DNA of 64,000 nt, taken from a virus. Every line of letters starts with the position of its first letter. Position 1 is the stretch's first letter. Made by a program: the position numbers and the translations under genes. Below are positions 35,068 to 43,375 of the stretch, piece after piece. Under the pieces are notes generated by a model. The model searched no databases, had not been told where the DNA came from, and saw nothing but the letters and a program-made list of their open reading frames with translations. The stretch lies in the IMG/VR virus record IMGVR_UViG_3300025864_000012, positions 30,143 through 94,142 of that record, one strand, 5' to 3'.

Positions 35068-36575
35068 GGACTGTAGGGGGAACCGTTGATGGTGATGCCG
35101 CTGAACGTATGCGGCCCGCTCAAGTTGGAGGGATTGACGAGGACGCTGTTCGCGGTCCCGGTCGGGTCGGTGATCGTGTAGCCATCCACGGTGAAACCCT
35201 CGACCGTGTTAGCGCTCCAGAAGTCGAGCGCCGAGTGCGTGTTCTGGGTGCCCGCGCCAGACTCTACCGTGAAGGTACAGTTCAGCACATCGTAGCTGCC
35301 CAGCGGGTTGCCGCCGAGCAACTCCTCAAGGACGATGCCGAAGCCGTCATGATTGCCCGATGCATTCAGAATGGTGGTCAGGTTCTCAAACTTGCAGTAG
35401 CCGCCGCCGCCGCCCAGTGGCAGGGCGAAGTTGGTGATGTAGCCAGCCGCGTCATAGGGGTTGTAGATGGTGCAGTCCTTTACGAGGCCGTTGGCGGGCT
35501 GGTCGACTTCAATGCCAACGTCCCATGAGTTGTAACCGACGCAGTTGGTGACCTCGCATGCCCCGAGGTGCCCTGCCTGCCCGAGGTGGTAGTTCTCCTG
35601 CACGTCGAAGGTAGTCGGGGCGGCGTTCAGGGTGTCGTGGTAGCAGCCACGGACGTACACACGGTCGATGTTTACGTTAGACCCGGTTGGTGCCCAGATG
35701 GCAAAGCCGGAGACGCCGCCGTAAGCACGACAGTTCTCAATCAGCACATCGCTGATGTGCGCGGTGCCGGAAGCCGCAACGCTGAAGTCGAAGACGTGCG
35801 CCTGCGTGTAGACCGGAACGTTGCTGAGGATGCAGTCCTTGATCGTCAGGTTCTCAATACTGCAACCGGAGTTTGGATCGGAAAGGAAGCACGAGAAATT
35901 AGTGCTGCCGAGATTCTGGGCATCCACCGCGAAGCCCTGCACTGTCGTCATCCGGTAAGTGACGCCGGAGCCTGATGCCCACGTCAGGAAGCGCGGCGTG
36001 GAGTTAGTCAGCTTGATGTTCGCGCCAGAACCTAGGAGGGTGAGCGGGCTCAGGTTGCCGGATGGCAGGGCGATGGGGCTGGCCATGGCATATGTGGCGG
36101 CGGGGAAGTAGACGGTGCCGCCGCCAGTGGCGGTGACGGCATCTACGGCCGCTTGTATGTGGGAGGAGTCATCGGTTGTACCGTCTGCGTGCGCCCCAAA
36201 CTCCATCACGCTCCTGCCCAGCGACCCCTTGCCGCCAACGACAGAAAATCGGTTTAGTGCGCGGCCTATGTCAATCACCGTGCCCACCTCCGTATGTGTG
36301 TAGGCGGAGGCAGCACTGACGGCCGCCTGAATCGCAGGACTGTCGTTGGTCACGCCGTCGCCCTTCGCCCCGTAGTCCTTGACGTTGAAAACCGAAGCGG
36401 GTAACGTCGGGGTAGGGGTAGGCGTTGGTGTTGGCGCAGGAGTGGGCGTTGCCGTAGGCTGCGGGTTCGGATGCGGCTGCTTGGGTTTGCGTCCGGCCAT
36501 AGAGGTAGCGGAAAACACGACCAAGAGAGTCGCAACCACCAGCCATATGATTGTGAAGAGACATCGTTTGTTCAC
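35064..36575 (-). CDS. right-handed beta-helix (pectate lyase-like) protein with signal peptide and PT linker
   Basis: Signal peptide, PTPTPT, duplicated NVKDYGA.GDG.T.D..AIQAA, GGTVYFP. Confidence 0.8.
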   Translation of the reverse strand: MNKRCLFTIIWLVVATLLVVFSATSMAGRKPKQPHPNPQPTATPTPAPTPTPTPTPTLPASVFNVKDYGAKGDGVTNDSPAIQAAVSAASAYTHTEVGTVIDIGRALNRFSVVGGKGSLGRSVMEFGAHADGTTDDSSHIQAAVDAVTATGGGTVYFPAATYAMASPIALPSGNLSPLTLLGSGANIKLTNSTPRFLTWASGSGVTYRMTTVQGFAVDAQNLGSTNFSCFLSDPNSGCSIENLTIKDCILSNVPVYTQAHVFDFSVAASGTAHISDVLIENCRAYGGVSGFAIWAPTGSNVNIDRVYVRGCYHDTLNAAPTTFDVQENYHLGQAGHLGACEVTNCVGYNSWDVGIEVDQPANGLVKDCTIYNPYDAAGYITNFALPLGGGGGYCKFENLTTILNASGNHDGFGIVLEELLGGNPLGSYDVLNCTFTVESGAGTQNTHSALDFWSANTVEGFTVDGYTITDPTGTANSVLVNPSNLSGPHTFSGITINGSPYSP

Positions 36576-36578
36576 GAG

Positions 36579-36986
36579 TCAATCTGACATCGAGGTGAAG
36601 CGAACGACGGCCCCCGCTGTAGCACTCTGGACGTGCGCCTTGTCGTCGGCAGTCGTGCCGGTGACGGTCACGGGGAACGTGGTAGGAGTCCCCGCCCCGA
36701 CGTAGACGCCTACGGTAGACGAGGTTGCCTCGCCCATGGACACAATGCAGGCCGATGAACAGTAGACCACGAGATACTTGGTCCCCGAGGCCATGGCGCT
36801 CGCCATCGGATAGTCGGTGTTGGCGGCCGTGCAGGTGACCTGTTCCGCGACCGTCTTCGTCTTGAGCAACCGGCAGGCGCTGACGCCCCCCAACTTCATC
36901 ACCTGCCGGTGTATGTTGGTAGTTACCTCTTCGGTCTCGCTGTACTTGCCCGAGTTGCCCTCATCGAGCTGGACGTTTGCAGCCAT
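36579..36986 (-). CDS. small virion protein
   Basis: TGATG-coupled, beta-rich. Confidence 0.6.
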   Translation of the reverse strand: MAANVQLDEGNSGKYSETEEVTTNIHRQVMKLGGVSACRLLKTKTVAEQVTCTAANTDYPMASAMASGTKYLVVYCSSACIVSMGEATSSTVGVYVGAGTPTTFPVTVTGTTADDKAHVQSATAGAVVRFTSMSD

Positions 36987-37834
36987 CAGGCCACGCTTAC
37001 GTCAAAGTCACCAGCCGCGATCTTGTAGGTGTCGCCGTTGCCGATGGCGACGCCGGTATGAGTGTTTCCCGCGAAGTAATCGAAGGCTCCCGAGGCGGTC
37101 GAGACCAAGCCAGCGGCCACGATGGTGCCCCAGCTCGACGAGGCCGCCGAGAAGGCGATCTCCGCCGTGTTGTCGACGTTGCCAGCCGCGTCGGCAGTGT
37201 CCCATGCGGCGTTCATCGTAATGGCCTTGCGGGCGTAGTCGCCAGCCGCGCACTCCGTACCACCGACACCCGACTGGTGGTTGGGGGCAGTCGTGAAGGC
37301 TGCCATGTAGGCGGTCGCCGGAGCCGCGTAGGAGCGGTCGGTGCAACAGAAGTGGTCGAGTATTTTGGCCTTCCAGAAGTCGGAGATGCCAGCATCCGCC
37401 GCCTGGTCGAGAGCCAGCTTGAGGGCCGCCGCACTGAATCGGAAGGTATCGCCGTTGCCCACAGTTCTGGAGTTGTCGAGCGCCTTGCCCCACATTATTG
37501 CGTCGCTGGCGTTCTGGAGAGACGCCCCGACAATGGGAGCCGACCAGTCGTTAGCGGTAGCCGTCCACGTGGGCACGTAGATGTTGCTCACCATCTTGCC
37601 GTAGGGCGAGCCGTCTACGGCAGCGTTCCACGAGGCCAGGGCCATCGTGATAGACGCACCGCCAGCGGTGTAGCCGGTGCCAGTGAGCTGCGTGCCGCCG
37701 GTGCCAGCGTCGTAGTCTGGACTGGTAGTCCAGAGCTTGACTTTCCACGGGCCGGTGAGCGTGTAAGCGCCCGCCGAGCCGCGCATCAGGTGGTTGACCA
37801 TGGCCGCAGCCATGAGATTGCTTGGTCCAGCCAT
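36986..37834 (-). CDS. tail fibre-type protein with internal duplication
   Basis: Two copies of the S....ILDH...L.T..P...G.E....YAR...F..A...WG...GN.DT..F module. Confidence 0.7.
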   Translation of the reverse strand: MAGPSNLMAAAMVNHLMRGSAGAYTLTGPWKVKLWTTSPDYDAGTGGTQLTGTGYTAGGASITMALASWNAAVDGSPYGKMVSNIYVPTWTATANDWSAPIVGASLQNASDAIMWGKALDNSRTVGNGDTFRFSAAALKLALDQAADAGISDFWKAKILDHFCCTDRSYAAPATAYMAAFTTAPNHQSGVGGTECAAGDYARKAITMNAAWDTADAAGNVDNTAEIAFSAASSSWGTIVAAGLVSTASGAFDYFAGNTHTGVAIGNGDTYKIAAGDFDVSVA

Positions 37835-37866
37835 TTCAGTCTCCTATCTTTTGAGTTGATGCCCTC

Positions 37867-37941
37867 CTAGAGCAGTTTGGTGGCGACGTAGACCAACACG
37901 ATCGCGAGAATCACAATGACGATAAGACGTTCGATGGACAT
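37867..37941 (-). CDS. 24-aa membrane peptide
   Basis: GGGAG RBS, MSIERLIVIVILAIVLVYVATKLL. Confidence 0.45.
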   Translation of the reverse strand: MSIERLIVIVILAIVLVYVATKLL

Positions 37942-39215
37942 GGTACTCCCTTCTTCTCTTTCGTTTGTGAATCCACGACTGTCTCCGCGGGCCTGCTGAG
38001 GTCGATGTAACTCACTTCGTCGACACCACGCTCGCGGCTGACGAAGTACAAGCACTGCTCAGGGCTGGATGCCGGGTTCTTGAGGTTCGGTGTGAGGTTG
38101 TTCGCGCCGACCACGTCCCCGTTGCAGAACGCCGCTCCATCGCCGTAGGTGAGGCGCGTCGTCTGGTGCCAGTGGTGGAACAGCCAGTAGCGGAACTCGT
38201 TGCCGCGCCCCAGCTCCGACGTGTGCTTGGCCCACATGCGGTAGACGCCGTACCACGGAATCCCCATCGCTCCCATGATTTCGTTCCCGTGCGTCGAGAT
38301 GAACGGCTGCCCGGCGACCTCGAAGCGGATGCGACCGTGCGTGGCGATCTCGCTGTCTTTGATCGGGAGGTTCTGCCCGTAGGCGAGTAGGTAGTGCCAG
38401 AAGAGCCACTCCCAGTTGAACGTCGACTCCTGAGCCCCCGACGACTTGCCGCCGACCTTGCCGTGGTTGCCCAGCACCTTGCGCCGTCGCCACACCTTGA
38501 TTTCCGGCAGAGCCTCGATAATGGCCCGCTCTATGCCAATGAACATCTGAGCGCCAAACACAGTCTGCTCGGCGGCGTTGAGGCAGAGTTGCACGTCCTG
38601 ACCGGCGAAGATTCCCCAGCCCTCTCCCTCGTCCCCCCCGTAGTTGAACCATCCGACAGTGATTCGGTATGAGCGCATGAGGTTGCGGATGGATGCCACC
38701 ACGGCACGCACGTATTCCCTTGCGCACCACTGCTCGGCAATCTCGCGGTTATAGATGTTCCCGCCGGTGTCCTTGGCCTGCACCTTCTGTCCGTACTGCC
38801 AGTCCGACAGGTCGAAGATGACCTCGCGCTCGGGCAGATGCTTGTTCTGACGCTCGGGGGCGCGATAGTCTGGTGCGGGGAATGGCAAGGCCGCAGCGGC
38901 CACCGTCTCCGCCAGCATGTCCTCCAGCCCGGAGGATTTGGCGCGAGCCGCCTTGTAGAGGGCATCAAGCGCCTTGGCCTTCGCCTCGAGCTTCATTTCC
39001 TTCGTCTCGCGCTCTAGGCGTCCATCGGTTGTCTCGGGCGGAGCCACATCCGGCGTGTGCTTGCGCCCCCAGTGCTCCGCCGGGTACTGCAGGTTGTGTT
39101 CAGAACAGAGCCTTTCTACAGCATCGATGTGGTTGTTGCAGATCTTCACGCCTCGGTGTCGTAACTGCTTGCAGAGATCCCTGGCCGATTTGGCAGCGTT
39201 GTACGCCTCGACCAT
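37911..39215 (-). CDS. metallophosphoesterase-fold nuclease (Mre11/PolD small subunit-like)
   Basis: SDWQYG, GGD..EG, GNHG, THG, HHWH. Confidence 0.75.
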   Translation of the reverse strand: MVEAYNAAKSARDLCKQLRHRGVKICNNHIDAVERLCSEHNLQYPAEHWGRKHTPDVAPPETTDGRLERETKEMKLEAKAKALDALYKAARAKSSGLEDMLAETVAAAALPFPAPDYRAPERQNKHLPEREVIFDLSDWQYGQKVQAKDTGGNIYNREIAEQWCAREYVRAVVASIRNLMRSYRITVGWFNYGGDEGEGWGIFAGQDVQLCLNAAEQTVFGAQMFIGIERAIIEALPEIKVWRRRKVLGNHGKVGGKSSGAQESTFNWEWLFWHYLLAYGQNLPIKDSEIATHGRIRFEVAGQPFISTHGNEIMGAMGIPWYGVYRMWAKHTSELGRGNEFRYWLFHHWHQTTRLTYGDGAAFCNGDVVGANNLTPNLKNPASSPEQCLYFVSRERGVDEVSYIDLSRPAETVVDSQTKEKKGVPCPSNVLSSL

Positions 39216-39377
39216 TGTCCCACGCTCAGTGGTTATCCGTCTGTACAGAATCTACCTCCCTGTATCATGCCCTATTCGACGTTGTGGGTTTGCTGAGAAG
39301 CCCGAAGAAATCGCAGGAGAAGAGAATCAGAGAAATGCTGGGGGAAGGGGATAGACCCCGAATTACACACACGCCTC

Positions 39378-39406
39378 AGTATAGGTGATGTCTACGAAAA
39401 AGTAAA
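39378..39406 (-). promoter_or_regulatory. promoter TTTACT-N17-TATACT
   Basis: Exact spacing, intergenic after the amidase. Confidence 0.7.
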
Positions 39407-39448
39407 GAGTTCCGTCACACTCATTCCCCGTTCCTCCTTACGGGGCGG

Positions 39449-40177
39449 TCACGCGTAGCGCCTTGCCGCCTCCAGAAGCTCCTTGTAAGGGAACCCGGTG
39501 CCGGGATCGGTGTGCCCTCCGGCGATGTGGAAGACGCGGCTGCACTGCCGGTGCGTGGTGATGCCCCTCTCGTTGGCGTGGAGTTGCTCGTCGGTTAGGG
39601 CGCGGATCGGGATCCCGAGCTTCTTTGACTTCCGCGCAATCACCCAGGCCGTCCGGTCGAGCGTGCCAGCAGCCAACCTCTTCCACTCAGCCTCGGTCCA
39701 GTTTGCCTTGCCCATCTGCTCGATGTGCTCGCCGGACGTGTTCACGTAGGGTGCTCCCCACGGAACCTCATCGTCGTCGAGGTAGCTTTGGATCGAGTTG
39801 TTGTCGACACCGAGGTTCGTGCTCCCGCCGGACTGCTGCATCTCGAAGTAGCGGCCCACGTCCTCGGCGGCGGTGAGGAAGGCAGCCACCTCCATGTCGT
39901 GCAGGACGATCTGGTGAACCACCGAGAGCTGGCGAGTCCCACTGTGATGTATGGCATCGTAGTCGTGCCGAATGGCGTACTTGGGCGCGGGGTTGAACAT
40001 CGCCCAGAGGGCGTTCTTCTCGGTAGTGCCGTGCCCGGTCTTGTGCTTAGAGACGCGGTAGGCGAGGGTCTTGGCGTTGCCGCCCCAGGTCGCATTCCTC
40101 CAGGTGACCGGCGGGATGTCGAGCTTTTCCCTGACAGCGTAGACGCGCATGTCGGCTTTCAGAACGATGATATTCAT
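39449..40177 (-). CDS. endolysin, N-acetylmuramoyl-L-alanine amidase (Amidase_2)
   Basis: IVLHDME, N....HIE, TTH, HTDPG..FP. Confidence 0.88.
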   Translation of the reverse strand: MNIIVLKADMRVYAVREKLDIPPVTWRNATWGGNAKTLAYRVSKHKTGHGTTEKNALWAMFNPAPKYAIRHDYDAIHHSGTRQLSVVHQIVLHDMEVAAFLTAAEDVGRYFEMQQSGGSTNLGVDNNSIQSYLDDDEVPWGAPYVNTSGEHIEQMGKANWTEAEWKRLAAGTLDRTAWVIARKSKKLGIPIRALTDEQLHANERGITTHRQCSRVFHIAGGHTDPGTGFPYKELLEAARRYA

Positions 40178-40185
40178 AGTGCCTC

Positions 40186-40962
40186 CTACAGACTTGAGAT
40201 GAGCTTTTCCAGGGCTGTCACGGCCGTTCTGAGCGTCGCGAGGATGGCCCGCAGTGCAGCCTTGAGCCCGGTCGGGGCGGGCGTCGGTGTGGGGGTCGGT
40301 GTCGGAGTGGGCACCGGAACAGGCGCAGCCTGCACCACCGCCCACGCCTCGAAGTCGCCGTTCTGGATACGGGCGAAGCTGGCGTCGGTCATGTAGAAGT
40401 GGCCCTTGTCTCCATACTCAACAGTCCACGAGTTGACCCAATCAATGCCGCCCACATCGCCGTTGCCATAGACGCAGTGGCCTCCGCGGACGGTGCCGTC
40501 GATGAGAACGAAACCCCCAGAATCCGGGTTGTCCATGCTGGAGTACCAGTCCATCCCCGCGACGATGGGACCGTGATGCTCGATCCAGTCCTTGATCTGT
40601 GCTGAGCTCGTAAGTCGCGAATACGCCGTGATGTAACCGGCCTTCTGCGCCGCCTTCAGCCCCTCGCGGACTTCAGCGCCGCCGTTGGGCAGGTCGCCGT
40701 GACCGGCAATCTTCAGGAAGAACGGTACGATGTCGGCGTTGGTGAAACCGGGATCGGTGTGCGTCTCGTCGTCGCAGTCGAGCGCACCCAGCGTGCCAGC
40801 CGCGACGCAGGTGCCGTTGTCGCCTTGGTCTAGGATGCGCGGCACCGACCACTTGAGCGGTACGGCCACGCCTTCGGTGATGAGTTGCTCGAGGCGGAAC
40901 ATCGGCCAATCGCGCTTGTCTTTGACGAACGGCTTGCGGCCAAGGCTATGGGCGTTGGACAT
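40186..40962 (-). CDS. papain-like (C1) cysteine peptidase with PT linker
   Basis: LDQG..GTCV, GGHCV, NSW...YG..G. Confidence 0.85.
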   Translation of the reverse strand: MSNAHSLGRKPFVKDKRDWPMFRLEQLITEGVAVPLKWSVPRILDQGDNGTCVAAGTLGALDCDDETHTDPGFTNADIVPFFLKIAGHGDLPNGGAEVREGLKAAQKAGYITAYSRLTSSAQIKDWIEHHGPIVAGMDWYSSMDNPDSGGFVLIDGTVRGGHCVYGNGDVGGIDWVNSWTVEYGDKGHFYMTDASFARIQNGDFEAWAVVQAAPVPVPTPTPTPTPTPAPTGLKAALRAILATLRTAVTALEKLISSL

Positions 40963-40970
40963 GGTACCTC

Positions 40971-41495
40971 CTACTTGCCGAGCTGAATGATGATCGAGGC
41001 GACGGCGACGATAGTCATGACGATCGAGATGACCCACGGCTGTATCTTGTCTGTGGCCTTCTCCTTCTCCGACCCCGCCGCCGTGTGCGTGGCCAAGCTC
41101 TGCTCTGTCGAAGCCTCACGTTCCTTGAGGTCGCTGAGAGACCGAAGGAGGCCCTCGATGACCGTATCGAACTTCTCGCCCAACTGCCGCAACTGGTCGT
41201 TCGTGGCGTTTTCTGACTTATCGATCCGCTTCTCGAACGACGTTGTGTTCGCTCCGACGGCCTCCTTGGCCGCAGAGAGAGCCGCCGCGAGGCTGTCCAA
41301 CGAATCCTGTTTCTGCTCGACTCGACTGTTCTCGACGAGGTGCATCTCGCGCTTTATGGCGGTGATCTTCTCATCCACCAGTTCCTTGAGGTGCCCGATC
41401 TCACGTGCCAGCGCCACGTTGGTAAGTGCGGTCGGATCTGGCACAGGCTTGCTGTCGCCCAGCGGGCCAACTGTCATACGTCCGTCGTCAGACAT
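40971..41495 (-). CDS. coiled-coil protein with C-terminal TM helix (lysis block)
   Basis: Heptad region followed by WVISIVMTIVAVASIII. Confidence 0.65.
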   Translation of the reverse strand: MSDDGRMTVGPLGDSKPVPDPTALTNVALAREIGHLKELVDEKITAIKREMHLVENSRVEQKQDSLDSLAAALSAAKEAVGANTTSFEKRIDKSENATNDQLRQLGEKFDTVIEGLLRSLSDLKEREASTEQSLATHTAAGSEKEKATDKIQPWVISIVMTIVAVASIIIQLGK

Positions 41496-41506
41496 TCCTC
41501 ATCTCC

Positions 41507-43375
41507 TCATAGCCAATTCCTCCACGGGTCCGGGTTGCTTGGGTTTAGGTTCGGATCCACGAACGGTGCCGGGGCGACGCCCGACAGCGGCGTCCCGCCG
41601 GTGATCGCCCACGGGTAGCCGACCGTCGCCGTGCCCGTCAGGGTCGTCCAGTTCCAACTCACTTCGGTCACGTACAGGTCATTGGCGCCGTCGAGGCTGG
41701 GCACGCTCAGCCGGTCGCCCGGCAGCACCTGCCAACCGCCACGCTCGCGGCCGTTCGTGTCTGTCATGGTGGAGGGAACGGGCAGGCTGCCGCTCCACTC
41801 GCTGGCGACGATGCGCGCATGCACGCGCTGCGCGACGCTGGCGGCATGGGCATCGGTGAACATCTGGCCGGCAAACTCGGTGATGACCCCCACGGACGCG
41901 CTGTAGTCGGTCGGCGGCGTGGCCGGGTACCAGACGTCACGCGGCGTCCCATTGGGGATCAAGGCATTGCCGTCCGACAGGTAGGTCATGCGAATCCAGT
42001 CGGGGCACGCCTCGGGGTCGTGGTCGAGGCCCGCCACCGACTCGCCGGCTGCGTCGCCGTAGCTCCAGCAGGAGTTGCGCGCCGGGTCTGCCGCCAGCGG
42101 CTTCTTGTAGTAGTTGAAGCGGTCGTCGCCATCCTCGTCGAGGTCGAACCAGTACTCGAGTTCGCCAGAGTACAGACCCGCGAGGTCGGTCATGCCGCTG
42201 CGAATGCCGGTCATCGATCGCACGACCAGCTGATTGTTGCCGTCGCCGAGAGAGATGACCTCGCCAGCGGTCACGGTGGCGAGGCCCGGCTTCGTCGCCA
42301 TTTCGCAGAGTACGTCGGAGAGGTACACCGTGCGGTCGACGGTCACGCCGTCCACGCGGCAGCGCACAATGACGGACCCCACCCAGACCCAGGGGTCGCT
42401 GACCACCTCGTTGATAGGGCCAGCCACAGCGTTGTGCCAGAGACGCATGCTGATGGTGGTATAGGTGTAGGGTCCGGGCGGAATGTTGCCGGGCGGAATG
42501 TCGAAAAACGCATTGTGCCAGGACGTTTGGGTGGTCGTCTCTCCGGGTGAGTTCAGATGGAAAGCAAGACTCTCCCATGGTGACTCCAGAGCGAAGAACT
42601 CCAAGACCCACGGGCCGGGCGCGCCGTTTGCCGTCAGCACGGGCAGATTGCACATGTACGTGACATCGAGCCCGACGATCTTGCATCCCGTATTGAGGCC
42701 GCCGAGCAGCCAGTAATTGAGGTTGAAGCTCGATCCTGATGCAAAGGCCTCGTTGTTGTTGGCGAGGATGAAGAGGCGGCCCTCCGTGTCGGACGTGTAC
42801 TTGGCCGCTTCTGCGTCCGACGCGATAAGCTCGGCAGAACCCTCTTCGTACACCTGCGCAGTAGTACTCCACTGTGCCGTGTCGGAGTCGTTCCACACCC
42901 AAGCGAAGGCCCCGTACCGGTCACTCCACGCCCAGAGACCCGAGCACTCGACGGTAATCGCGTCTTTGACCGGAGAGAGCACGCCGCCGAAGGGGTCGCT
43001 GCAGATGCGCCCGCCGAAGTCGGGAGCGCCGTTCGCCGTGAGCTTCACGCGCGCCTTGTGCTGGAGCTGGTTACGAGCCTTCGCCGCCACGTCGGGTGGC
43101 ACCGTGAACGAGAGGCTGCCGTCACCGCCGGGCATCCCCTTGGTGCGCTCGCCGATGACGGCGCTGCCCGCGAGGTCTGCCCAGCCGAGGGCGTCGGAGC
43201 CGACCAGGAGGGAAAGGGTGGGCACGTTATCAGTCATGGTGCGTCCCTCCGTTGTGAAGTCCCGCTCGGCCCCGTAAACGGTCCCTACGTCGGTGGTCGT
43301 GTAGGCGCGGACGTGATAGACGGTGTCAGAGCGCAGGTCGGTCAGGGTCGACGTGAACCTTCTCAAGTCGGTCAT
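41507..43375 (-). CDS. tail tip/hub-like protein starting with an FN3-like C-half
   Basis: ATGA-coupled start MTDLRRFTSTLTDL; PGG.G.LSF and PGD.L motifs of tail tip proteins. Confidence 0.7.
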   Translation of the reverse strand: MTDLRRFTSTLTDLRSDTVYHVRAYTTTDVGTVYGAERDFTTEGRTMTDNVPTLSLLVGSDALGWADLAGSAVIGERTKGMPGGDGSLSFTVPPDVAAKARNQLQHKARVKLTANGAPDFGGRICSDPFGGVLSPVKDAITVECSGLWAWSDRYGAFAWVWNDSDTAQWSTTAQVYEEGSAELIASDAEAAKYTSDTEGRLFILANNNEAFASGSSFNLNYWLLGGLNTGCKIVGLDVTYMCNLPVLTANGAPGPWVLEFFALESPWESLAFHLNSPGETTTQTSWHNAFFDIPPGNIPPGPYTYTTISMRLWHNAVAGPINEVVSDPWVWVGSVIVRCRVDGVTVDRTVYLSDVLCEMATKPGLATVTAGEVISLGDGNNQLVVRSMTGIRSGMTDLAGLYSGELEYWFDLDEDGDDRFNYYKKPLAADPARNSCWSYGDAAGESVAGLDHDPEACPDWIRMTYLSDGNALIPNGTPRDVWYPATPPTDYSASVGVITEFAGQMFTDAHAASVAQRVHARIVASEWSGSLPVPSTMTDTNGRERGGWQVLPGDRLSVPSLDGANDLYVTEVSWNWTTLTGTATVGYPWAITGGTPLSGVAPAPFVDPNLNPSNPDPWRNWL

